From the NCBI GenBank assembly GCA_016204995.1, contig JACQJR010000001.1, positions 305,132 to 369,131 of the forward strand: 64,000 nucleotides of DNA, written 5' to 3'. Below are positions 49,034-56,866 of this stretch, one piece after another (the first letter of the stretch is position 1; every line of letters begins with the position of its first letter). A program made the position numbers and the translations under genes. Under the pieces are notes generated by a model, which searched no databases, had not been told where the DNA came from, and saw only the letters and a list, made by a program, of their open reading frames with translations. Origin of the DNA: Candidatus Microgenomates bacterium (lineage in GTDB: Bacteria; Patescibacteriota; Microgenomatia; UBA8517; JACQJR01).

Positions 49034-49468
49034 CTAATCTTTAAGATATTTCTTAATCACCGACCAGTTAAAACCTCGGAAGGCTAAAAAGGCGATGGTT
49101 TTCTTTTTGCGAGTTTCCGGCTCCAGTTTACTCCAGCTTTTTTTCTTTTTTTCCATTAACCGCCAGACTAATTCTTCTTCATTTAAATCTGCCTCTCCCA
49201 CTATTTGCCGGGCCAGTTCTTTATCTACTCCCTTTTTTAATAGTTCCAAGACTAATAATTTGGGGGCTTTGGGGCGAAAGGTGGTTCTTTGTTCAATCCA
49301 CCAACGGCAAAAATTTTCATCATTAATCAACTGGGCTTTTTTAAGTTCGGAGAGGGCTACTTCACTATCTTTTTCCTCAATTTTTTTGCGGATTAGCCAA
49401 CGTTTAACTTCAAATTCAGTCCGAGGACGGATGGTGCTAAATTTAATGAGGCGGTCCAAAACTTCCAT
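49034..49468 (-). CDS. recX: Regulatory protein RecX
   Basis: RPRTEFEV..LINDENF..ELLKKGV..FRGF; downstream of recA. Confidence 0.88.
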   Translation of the reverse strand: MEVLDRLIKFSTIRPRTEFEVKRWLIRKKIEEKDSEVALSELKKAQLINDENFCRWWIEQRTTFRPKAPKLLVLELLKKGVDKELARQIVGEADLNEEELVWRLMEKKKKSWSKLEPETRKKKTIAFLAFRGFNWSVIKKYLKD

Positions 49469-49503
49469 GAGAAGTTAAATTCTAAGCATCAAATCCGAAA
49501 TCC

Positions 49504-49537
49504 CTACCTGCCTTGCCTGCGCAAGCAGGGCAGGTAG
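49504..49537. repeat. Nested palindromic element in the recA-recX spacer
   Basis: 49507-49534 is identical to 10586-10613; arms extended by CTA/TAG. Confidence 0.93.
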
Positions 49538-49633
49538 ACCAAACAATATCAAATGTCCAAAATCTTAATGTTTAAAAAATTTAAATGTTTATATTTATAA
49601 TTTGTTTCGTGCTTCGAAATTCGTGCTTCGGAT

Positions 49634-50698
49634 TTACTGAGATTTTTCCTCTCCGTTTCCTTCAGTTTCTACTTCACCAATTTTATTGGGCATTTTTTTA
49701 CTTTCACTGGCAGCTTTTCTGACTTTTTCTTCCACTTCTTTGGCTACTTTAGGATGTTCTTCCAAAAAAGCTTTAGCTGCTTCCCGGCCTTGAGCGATCA
49801 CTTGAGTGCCTGACTTATAAAATGAACCTTGTTTGGAAATCACGCCAAGTTCTACTGCGACATCCAATAAACCACCCATCTTTGAAATACCACCTTTATT
49901 CATAATGTCAAATTCCGCCACGCGGAAAGGAGGGGCTACTTTATTTTTAACCACTCTGGCCCGATGACGGGAACCAATCACTAATTCCCCTTCTTTAATA
50001 GTATCTATTTTCCGGCAATCAATCCGCACTGATGCATAAAACTTTAAAGCCAAACCGCCCGGGGTTGTTTCCGGATTGCCAAACATCACCCCAATTTTTT
50101 GCCGTAATTGATTAGTAAAAATGACAATTGTTTTGGATTTGGAAATAGCGCCAGTTAGTTTCCTTAAAGCTTGTGACATCAGTCTGGCTTGAACGCCAAT
50201 CATAGCATCTCCCATTTCTCCCTCCAGTTCCGCCCGAGGAACCAGGGCGGCGACTGAATCAATTACTACTACATCCAGAGCGCCGGAGCGCACCAAAGTT
50301 TCCACAATTTCTAAAGCCTGCTCGCCTGTATCCGGCTGGGAAATTAGTAAATCATCTAAATTAACACCAATCGCTTCAGCGCGGGAAGGATCAAGGGCGT
50401 GTTCAGCGTCAATAAAAGCCACCGAACCACCCATTTTCTGGGCTTCGGCAATAACATGCAAAGCCAAAGTGGTTTTACCGGAGGCCTCTGGTCCATAAAT
50501 TTCAATAATTCTGCCCCTGGGCAAACCACCCACACCTAAAGCCAAATCCAGAGCGATGGAACCAGTAAGAATGACATCAATTTTTAGCCTGGAAGATTCG
50601 TCGCCTAATTTCATGATGGAGCCCCGGCCCCATTGTTTTTCAATCTGCTCAATGGCCAATTTGATGGCGTCAAATTTAGTTGGTTGTGCCGTTGCCAT
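49634..50698 (-). CDS. recA: Recombinase RecA (likely ATG start at 50698)
   Basis: [37 protein letters not shown]. Confidence 0.99.
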   Translation of the reverse strand: MATAQPTKFDAIKLAIEQIEKQWGRGSIMKLGDESSRLKIDVILTGSIALDLALGVGGLPRGRIIEIYGPEASGKTTLALHVIAEAQKMGGSVAFIDAEHALDPSRAEAIGVNLDDLLISQPDTGEQALEIVETLVRSGALDVVVIDSVAALVPRAELEGEMGDAMIGVQARLMSQALRKLTGAISKSKTIVIFTNQLRQKIGVMFGNPETTPGGLALKFYASVRIDCRKIDTIKEGELVIGSRHRARVVKNKVAPPFRVAEFDIMNKGGISKMGGLLDVAVELGVISKQGSFYKSGTQVIAQGREAAKAFLEEHPKVAKEVEEKVRKAASESKKMPNKIGEVETEGNGEEKSQ

Positions 50699-50743
50699 AC
50701 TTTTCTTGTACAACTATTTCGGGTATAATTCAAGTAGGGATTT

Positions 50744-50817
50744 CGGGGGATAGCTCAGATAGCCAGAGCACTCGCATGGGGTGCGAGAGGTCGCCGGGGC
50801 GGAATCGGCTCCCCCGA
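50744..50817 (+). tRNA. tRNA-Pro (anticodon GGG) with a non-canonical T-loop, CCA not encoded
   Basis: CGGGGGA/TCCCCCG acceptor, GCTC/GAGC D-stem, CTCGC-ATGGGGT-GCGAG anticodon arm, T-arm GCCGG-GGCGGAA-TCGGC. Confidence 0.85.
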
Positions 50818-50835
50818 CTGATAGAATTCCTGCCT

Positions 50836-51666
50836 ATGCGTTGTAGTTATTACCAAAAGTTGGTATATAGAAGTAAAGGACGCCTTAATGAATCTAAAAA
50901 GTTTGGCTGGAGAACCTACTGTTCGGCTAATTGTCAATCCCAAGCTCGAAGCAAACAACAAATATTAAAATGCTCCAATGCCAATTGCGGCCAACTATTT
51001 AACAGAAGTCTTAGCGCCATTAAATCTGAGTTGGCTTATTGCTCACAAAGGTGCTCCGCAATCATCAATAACTCTAAATTTCCCAAAAGAAAAGCCTTAA
51101 TCAAAATTTGCCAATATTGCGGCAAAGATTTTAGTGGGTTGGAAAAATATTGTTCCATGATCTGTAAAAATAAAAGTCAGACTATTAATAAACAGGAAAT
51201 TATTACACAAATTAAAGAATTCTATTTAAAAAATGGGCGCGTGCCGTTTAAAAACGAATTTAACCACTATAGTGCAGCCCGAAGGCGTTTTGGTACTTGG
51301 AATAATGCCATAATAAATGCAAATTTTGATCCAAATCCAGTTAAATTTTCCAAAAAACATCTAGCCAAGGATGGGCATAAATGTGACTCTTTAGCAGAAA
51401 AAATAATTGATGACTGGCTTTTTAAGAAAAAAATATCTCATATGAGAAATACTCCTTATGGTAAAAATAATATGAACGCTGATTTTGAAATAAATGGGGT
51501 TTTAATTGAGTTCTTTGGATTAAGCGGAGAATTAAAAGAATACGACAGATTAGTTAGGAAAAAGAAAAAGCTTTGGAAAAACAATAAACTAAAGGCCATT
51601 GCCATTTACCCCCAAGATTTGTTTCCCCAAAATAGGCTTGGGATTATCCTTAGAGAATTTCTATAG
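50836..51666 (+). CDS. Putative free-standing endonuclease: Cys-rich zinc-finger repeats, homing-endonuclease-associated repeat, PD-(D/E)XK-like C-terminus
   Basis: YCSxxC x3; IKEFYLKNGRVP..RRFGTWNNAI; DSLAEKIID..ADF..IEFFG. Confidence 0.75.
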   Translation: MRCSYYQKLVYRSKGRLNESKKFGWRTYCSANCQSQARSKQQILKCSNANCGQLFNRSLSAIKSELAYCSQRCSAIINNSKFPKRKALIKICQYCGKDFSGLEKYCSMICKNKSQTINKQEIITQIKEFYLKNGRVPFKNEFNHYSAARRRFGTWNNAIINANFDPNPVKFSKKHLAKDGHKCDSLAEKIIDDWLFKKKISHMRNTPYGKNNMNADFEINGVLIEFFGLSGELKEYDRLVRKKKKLWKNNKLKAIAIYPQDLFPQNRLGIILREFL

Positions 51667-51685
51667 TGAATATTCTATTCCGCTT

Positions 51686-51880
51686 TTATTTTTTAGTCTT
51701 TTTGAATATTAGCCCCACTCCTATTACTAAAAATACTAAAAACGTTACACTATCTGTTAAGAGATGTCCACGTTCTCCCCCTTCACCCCAAATAATCTCC
51801 ATTACTACGTCGTTAAGATAATAACCTGCTACTATTCCTAACGCAAACATGCTTAATTTTAACTTTTTTTCTGCATCCAT
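51686..51880 (-). CDS. Small 2-TM protein
   Basis: 64 aa; SD AGGAGGTG upstream. Confidence 0.7.
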   Translation of the reverse strand: MDAEKKLKLSMFALGIVAGYYLNDVVMEIIWGEGGERGHLLTDSVTFLVFLVIGVGLIFKKTKK

Positions 51881-51950
51881 TTATAAACACCTCCTATCAT
51901 CATCCTAATTCTAAACTACTAAAAAAGCAAGACATTCTTTATTAACCATT

Positions 51951-52700
51951 TTATTTAATATAGATTAGAGAACCGAAACGACCAGTTGGACCTTCTTTTC
52001 TTTCTGAAAAAAACTCACTTGAGTTATCATAAGTACAAACTCCGGAAATTTCAATATTTTTCTCTTTAACCCCTGTTTCAATTAATTGAAACTTATTGGC
52101 AAGGGGTAAATCTAGGCGAGCATGACTATCTCGTTCATTTGAAAAGAGTTTGTCTGCATATTTAAATTTGTATTTAAATTGTTCTATGACTGGCGTATCT
52201 ACTTCATAGCAACAAGAACCAATCGCCGGCCCCATACCCACTAATAAATCAGCCGGATTGCTACCAAAATGATCTTGCATATGATTAACTGTAATTCTGG
52301 TAATTTCTTGCACCGTTCCCTTCCAACCGGCATGGACTAAACCCACTATTTTTTTCTTTTGATCAATTAAAAAAATGGGGACGCAATCTGCTGTTCTAAT
52401 GAAAAGGGGAGTATTTTTATCTGCAGTTATTAAAGCATCTGTTTTTAAAATTAAATCGCCGCGATCAACACTTCCGACAATTGCCACATGATTACCATGC
52501 ACTTGCTCGGCATCTACTACACCACTATCTGCTATATCAATTTGAGCCAAGGGCTCATCGTCCTCTGGACGAGATTGCCCTATGGACGAAAAGAATTTTT
52601 TTCTGTTTTCTTTAAGACGAATATCGCCATCGGCTTTTATAGAGACGGCATAACCAACCCAAGAAATTGGCTCAAAAATTTTAAATTTAAGAGGAGACAT
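51951..52700 (-). CDS. pgeF: PgeF/YfiH laccase-domain protein
   Basis: QVHG, TADCVP, HAGWKG, GPAIGSCCYEV. Confidence 0.93.
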   Translation of the reverse strand: MSPLKFKIFEPISWVGYAVSIKADGDIRLKENRKKFFSSIGQSRPEDDEPLAQIDIADSGVVDAEQVHGNHVAIVGSVDRGDLILKTDALITADKNTPLFIRTADCVPIFLIDQKKKIVGLVHAGWKGTVQEITRITVNHMQDHFGSNPADLLVGMGPAIGSCCYEVDTPVIEQFKYKFKYADKLFSNERDSHARLDLPLANKFQLIETGVKEKNIEISGVCTYDNSSEFFSERKEGPTGRFGSLIYIK

Positions 52701-53110
52701 TAACGTTTTGGGCTTTGTTTTTGACGTCGCGCTTTGCCACCGGTACCCACTTTGCGACGTTCGCGAATCCTAGGATCACGTTTCAAAAGGCCTGCTTTTT
52801 TTAATTTAGGCCTAAAATTTTCTACATCTTGCAAGGATAGCGCTCGCGCTATGCCGTGAACGACAGCTTCCAATTGAGAATTCTTACCACTGCCTACAAC
52901 TTTCGCAGTAAACCAATATTTATCTCCTCCATCTATTACCGACAATGGCTTGGCTAAAAGGATTTTTGCCAAACTTCCCGGAAAATATTTTTCCGCCGGC
53001 TGTCCATTCACCAAGCTTTCCCCTTGACCAATATATAATCTAACCCGAGCTACCGCCTCTTTTCTACGACCGACTGCTGCTTGATAATCTTTATTTTGAA
53101 TTTTAGCCAT
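52700..53110 (-). CDS. rpsI: 30S ribosomal protein S9 (start corrected to 53110)
   Basis: GRRKEAVARV..RDPRIRERRK..QSPKR. Confidence 0.97.
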   Translation of the reverse strand: MAKIQNKDYQAAVGRRKEAVARVRLYIGQGESLVNGQPAEKYFPGSLAKILLAKPLSVIDGGDKYWFTAKVVGSGKNSQLEAVVHGIARALSLQDVENFRPKLKKAGLLKRDPRIRERRKVGTGGKARRQKQSPKR

Positions 53111-53111
53111 T

Positions 53112-53555
53112 TTAGTTTGTTTCGGATTTCGTGCTTCGTGCTTCGAATTTATTCGTATAAGGATGTTCTTTGCTAGCAAATACTTTAAGTCTAGCCATTC
53201 TAATTCCTTTCAAGCGATTATCAGGTAGCATGCCGGAAACTGCATGTTCAATAATTCTTTCTGGGTGAGTTTGTTTTAACTCGCTAAATTTGGTCTTATG
53301 TAAACCTGATGGGTAACCAGAATAACGGGTGTAAGTTTTTTGCTCTGCCTTTTTACCAGTTAATAATACTTCCTTGGCTTCTGTGACTACCACATAATCT
53401 CCGCTATCTAAATGAGGCACATAAGTCTTTTTATGTTTGCCTATTAATAAACGGGCTATTTCTGTAGCCATTCGGCCTAATACCTGACCGCGAGCTGTAA
53501 TTAAATGCCATTCCTTTTTAATTTCCTTGGCTTTTGGTTGGTAGGTAATATTCAT
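53112..53555 (-). CDS. rplM: 50S ribosomal protein L13 (heptamer-derived C-terminal tail)
   Basis: LGRMAT..GKHK..DSGDYVVV..GMLP. Confidence 0.97.
   Translation of the reverse strand: MNITYQPKAKEIKKEWHLITARGQVLGRMATEIARLLIGKHKKTYVPHLDSGDYVVVTEAKEVLLTGKKAEQKTYTRYSGYPSGLHKTKFSELKQTHPERIIEHAVSGMLPDNRLKGIRMARLKVFASKEHPYTNKFEARSTKSETN
53121..53148 (-). repeat. Heptamer array at the 3' end of rplM
   Basis: ttcggat-ttcgtgc-ttcgtgc-ttcgaat; encodes FEARSTKSE; related array at 49606-49633. Confidence 0.9.
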
Positions 53556-53965
53556 TTAACATCCTCCTTCTTGATGCTTTTCTTGGGTTTAGACTGTTCT
53601 ACTTGTCTATCTCTACTCCAAGTCAATTTTACCATCATGGCTTTGTCTCCTTGCCTAACTCCCAATCTAGCCATTTTAGTAAAACCACTATTTAATCCCT
53701 TAAAACGAGCACTAGTTTCTTTTAAAAGTTTATCTATTGCTACTTTGTCTTGAGCTAACTCTTTTTCCAACTGCACCCGGCTGACCAAGGTATCTTTTTT
53801 AGCTTTAGTTACCAAAGTATCTAACCAACCTTTGATAGATTTAGCTTTAGGTAAAGTAGTTTCCAACTGGTCGTTTTTAATAAAAGAGGTAGCCAAAGAA
53901 CGAAAAAGGACCTGCCTTGCCCCTTTATCCCTGGAGAACTTTCTGCCAAAAACACGCTTTTTCAT
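53552..53965 (-). CDS. rplQ: 50S ribosomal protein L17
   Basis: GRKFSR..TTLPKAK..SGFT..RQGD. Confidence 0.95.
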   Translation of the reverse strand: MKKRVFGRKFSRDKGARQVLFRSLATSFIKNDQLETTLPKAKSIKGWLDTLVTKAKKDTLVSRVQLEKELAQDKVAIDKLLKETSARFKGLNSGFTKMARLGVRQGDKAMMVKLTWSRDRQVEQSKPKKSIKKEDVK

Positions 53966-53967
53966 AA

Positions 53968-54879
53968 TTAAGGAAATTGTATGCCATGTTCACCTAAAGC
54001 TGCCGAAATGACTTTGATTGATTTTTCTCCCAGGTTGCGCACCCGTGCCAACTCTTGCGGATTTGCCGAAACCAACTGTCCCACATTTTCGTATCCGCCA
54101 CGCACTAGAGCGTTGGCGATCCGAGCTGGCAAATTTAGTTCTTCTACTGATAAATTAGCCAAAGTTGGAGCAATTTTGGGCTTTTCCACTACTTCCTCGT
54201 CATTCTTAACTTGGGGAGATACTATTTGATTAAAATAAGTTGCTAAAATTTCCGCTGACTTTTTAATAGCCTCGCCTGGCGTGATCGTGCCATCGGTCCA
54301 CAGCTCTAAAATTAATTTATCGTAATTGGTTAACCGTCCTACCCGCGTCGCTTCCACCCGATAATTGACCCGGGTAATCGGAGAAAAAATCGCATCCACC
54401 GGAATAACCCCTAAAGTAGCGAGATGACGATCTTCGGCCGGGGAAAAACCAATGCCACTTTCCACTTGAAACTCGGCCGAGAGTTTACTATCGCGGCTGG
54501 CTAAGGTGGCTAACACCAAATCAGGATTGGCGATTTTGATTGTCTCCGGTCTCTTAATATCAGCGGCCTTAACTTCGCCTGGCCCTTTTTTCTCTAAAGT
54601 CAATTTGGCTGGTCCTGTGCCTGTATAATTAATCCTCATCTTTTTTAAATTTAGTAAAAACTCAATGACATCTTCTTTAAGGCCGGGAATAGTAGAAAAA
54701 GGATGTTTAACTTTATCAATTTTAACCGAGGTAATAGCGCTGCCCGCTAGACTGGTTAAAAGCACCCGACGAAGAGCGGTGCCCAAAGTTGAGCCATAAC
54801 CTTGTTCTAATGGTTCAATGGCAAACCGACCATAGTCCGGTCTTTCCTCGTCTTTTTTAATAGTAAAAAGCAAATCCAT
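53968..54879 (-). CDS. rpoA: RNA polymerase alpha subunit
   Basis: EPLEQGYGSTLGTALRRVLL, DAIFSPI, RNLGEKS. Confidence 0.99.
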   Translation of the reverse strand: MDLLFTIKKDEERPDYGRFAIEPLEQGYGSTLGTALRRVLLTSLAGSAITSVKIDKVKHPFSTIPGLKEDVIEFLLNLKKMRINYTGTGPAKLTLEKKGPGEVKAADIKRPETIKIANPDLVLATLASRDSKLSAEFQVESGIGFSPAEDRHLATLGVIPVDAIFSPITRVNYRVEATRVGRLTNYDKLILELWTDGTITPGEAIKKSAEILATYFNQIVSPQVKNDEEVVEKPKIAPTLANLSVEELNLPARIANALVRGGYENVGQLVSANPQELARVRNLGEKSIKVISAALGEHGIQFP

Positions 54880-54938
54880 GAAAAAAACCCTTACGGGTTA
54901 ACAGTAATTGTATAACACCTGGTTAAAATAATCAAGCA

Positions 54939-55538
54939 TCACCTAGAGAAATACTCAATTATGGTTTGTTCCTCAATCGGCTCTACTACGTCTTCTCTAA
55001 CAGGCAAACGCACTACTTTACCAATAGTTGCCTGCCGGGCCAGCCAACTCGGCAAAGCCTGATTCTCATCATTGATGGTGACTGCCACATGGGGAATTTT
55101 TTGCGCTTTGGGGGTCAAACTAATCACATCATCCGGACACACCTGGTAAGAAGGAATGGTCACTCTTTTGTTATTAACAAAGACGTGGCCGTGGCTAACC
55201 AGCTGACGGGCCAAATTTCTAGTTTTAGCCAAATTCAAACGATAAACGACATTGTCTAACCTTCGCTCTAACAGGGAGAGCAAAATTTCTCCGCTATTGC
55301 CTCGCAAACGAGTAGCCCGTTCTACGTAATTTTCAAATTGTCTGCCTAAAACTCCATAAATTCTTTTCACTTTTTGGGTCTCCCGTAATTGCCGGCCATA
55401 CTCGCCCATTTTGCGACTTCCTTTTGGACCATGCATACCCGGCGGCACACCCAAACGAGTCAATTTGGCTCCCTTGCCAAACAAATCCACGCCTTCTCGA
55501 CGAGACAATCTGTCTTTTGGTCCAGTATAGCGTGCCAT
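54939..55538 (-). CDS. rpsD: 30S ribosomal protein S4
   Basis: MARYTGP, LERRLDNVVYR, ARQLVSHGH, IEYFSR. Confidence 0.99.
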   Translation of the reverse strand: MARYTGPKDRLSRREGVDLFGKGAKLTRLGVPPGMHGPKGSRKMGEYGRQLRETQKVKRIYGVLGRQFENYVERATRLRGNSGEILLSLLERRLDNVVYRLNLAKTRNLARQLVSHGHVFVNNKRVTIPSYQVCPDDVISLTPKAQKIPHVAVTINDENQALPSWLARQATIGKVVRLPVREDVVEPIEEQTIIEYFSR

Positions 55539-55540
55539 AA

Positions 55541-55924
55541 TTAGGCCCTTCTCCTTTTCTTGGGACGAACACCATTATGAGGAATTGGCGTAGTATCGGC
55601 AATCAAAGACATGGAAAGTCCTGATGCACGAATGGCACGAAGCGCGGCATCACGACCAGGCCCGGGACCTTGCACAAAAATAGCTACTTCCCGCATCCCT
55701 TGATCGCGAGCCTGACGGGCCACTTTTTCCACTGCGCTCGTTGCAGCATAAGGAGTAGACTTGCGGGTTCCCTTAAAACCGGCCTTACCAGCGCTACCGC
55801 CAATTAACACGTTACCATTTTCATCTGTCAAAGATACCAGAGTGTTATTAAAAGTGGCTTTGATATAAATATTGCCTCTTTCTGGAAAAATCGCTGTTTT
55901 TTTCTTTTTAGCCTCTTTTGCCAT
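55541..55924 (-). CDS. rpsK: 30S ribosomal protein S11
   Basis: ATFNNT, RKSTPYAA, TPIPHNG. Confidence 0.99.
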   Translation of the reverse strand: MAKEAKKKKTAIFPERGNIYIKATFNNTLVSLTDENGNVLIGGSAGKAGFKGTRKSTPYAATSAVEKVARQARDQGMREVAIFVQGPGPGRDAALRAIRASGLSMSLIADTTPIPHNGVRPKKRRRA

Positions 55925-55926
55925 TA

Positions 55927-56343
55927 TTACTTTTTAACCTCCTCTTTACCTTTAGCTGTAGTTTGCTTAGCTAACATTTCTTTCTTAAAGGCGCCGACAG
56001 TCTTTCTCTTGCCACGTTTGGTCCTGGCATTGCTCCTAGTTCTTTGGCCCCTTGCTGGTAAACCTTTTTGGTGTCGGGTGCCCCGATAAGTTCCAATGGT
56101 AATTAAACGACTAATGTCTTCGCGCTCTTTTCGACGCAAGTCTCCTTCAATCGTCATCTCTTCCAATTTTTTGGTAATGGAATTAATATCTTCATCGCTT
56201 AAATCTTTTACTCTTTTTTCAGCCGGTACCCGGACGTCAGACAAGACCTTTTTACTCAAGGGCCAACCTACCCCATAAAGTAGAGTTAGGGCATAATCAA
56301 TTCGGACATTTCCCGGTAATTCTAAACCTGCAATTCTGGCCAT
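55927..56343 (-). CDS. rpsM: 30S ribosomal protein S13
   Basis: MARIAG, YRGTRH..GLPARGQRTRSNARTKRG. Confidence 0.99.
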   Translation of the reverse strand: MARIAGLELPGNVRIDYALTLLYGVGWPLSKKVLSDVRVPAEKRVKDLSDEDINSITKKLEEMTIEGDLRRKEREDISRLITIGTYRGTRHQKGLPARGQRTRSNARTKRGKRKTVGAFKKEMLAKQTTAKGKEEVKK

Positions 56344-56444
56344 AGCCCTCCTTTCAGTCGAGAATAAGTACCAATACTACAAATATCAAATTCCAAATGT
56401 TTTAATGATTGGTATTTATTGGTATTATTTGACATTGGTATTAT
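56344..56444 (-). promoter_or_regulatory. Structured intergenic repeat element, copy 2 (rpmJ-rpsM)
   Basis: TACCAAT/ATTGGTA arms; ends TTCTCGACTGAAAGGAGGGCT-ATG. Confidence 0.85.
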
Positions 56445-56558
56445 TTAGCCTTGGCGCTGCTTGTGTTTCGGATTAATACAAATCACGTAAAGAGTACCCC
56501 GCCGTTTAACGAGTTTACAATTTTTACACCTGGTTTTAACTGATGCTTGTACTTGCAT
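56445..56558 (-). CDS. rpmJ: 50S ribosomal protein L36 (not in the ORF track)
   Basis: [37 protein letters not shown]. Confidence 0.98.
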   Translation of the reverse strand: MQVQASVKTRCKNCKLVKRRGTLYVICINPKHKQRQG

Positions 56559-56647
56559 AGCTCTCCTTTCAGTCGAGAATAAATACCAATAATACCAATT
56601 TCAAATGTCCAATATTGGTATTTATTGGTACTTATTTGACATTGGTG
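56559..56647 (-). promoter_or_regulatory. Structured intergenic repeat element, copy 3 (infA-rpmJ)
   Basis: TACCAAT/ATTGGTA arms; ends TTCTCGACTGAAAGGAGAGCT-ATG. Confidence 0.85.
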
Positions 56648-56866
56648 TTATTTATATCTATATATTATTCTTCCTCTTGCTTTATCATATGGCGTCATTT
56701 CTAGTCGTACTTTATCGCCTGGTAAAATACGAATAAAGTTGCGACGCATTCTGCCGGCCACACTAGCTAATACCCTTGAACCATCCTCTAAATCTATTCT
56801 AAAAAGAGTATTGGGTAGGGCTTCCACAATCGTCCCGTCAACCTCAAATGTTCCTTGATGCATCAA
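56648..56866 (-). CDS. infA: Translation initiation factor IF-1
   Basis: [27 protein letters not shown]. Confidence 0.98.
   Translation of the reverse strand: MMHQGTFEVDGTIVEALPNTLFRIDLEDGSRVLASVAGRMRRNFIRILPGDKVRLEMTPYDKARGRIIYRYK

Noticed and set aside
50680-50835. N-terminal 52 aa of the 328-aa ORF in the track
   Set aside because: It overlaps the recA start and the tRNA-Pro gene; the real start is more likely the ATG at 50836.
53111-53179. Long rpsI/rplM overlap, and similar extensions of rplF and secF
   Set aside because: Downstream ATGs (53110, 63462, 30879) match the expected N-termini.
30880-56647. TACCAAT-rich repeats and other short repeats as a CRISPR array
   Set aside because: There is no regular repeat-spacer periodicity and no cas gene in the window.
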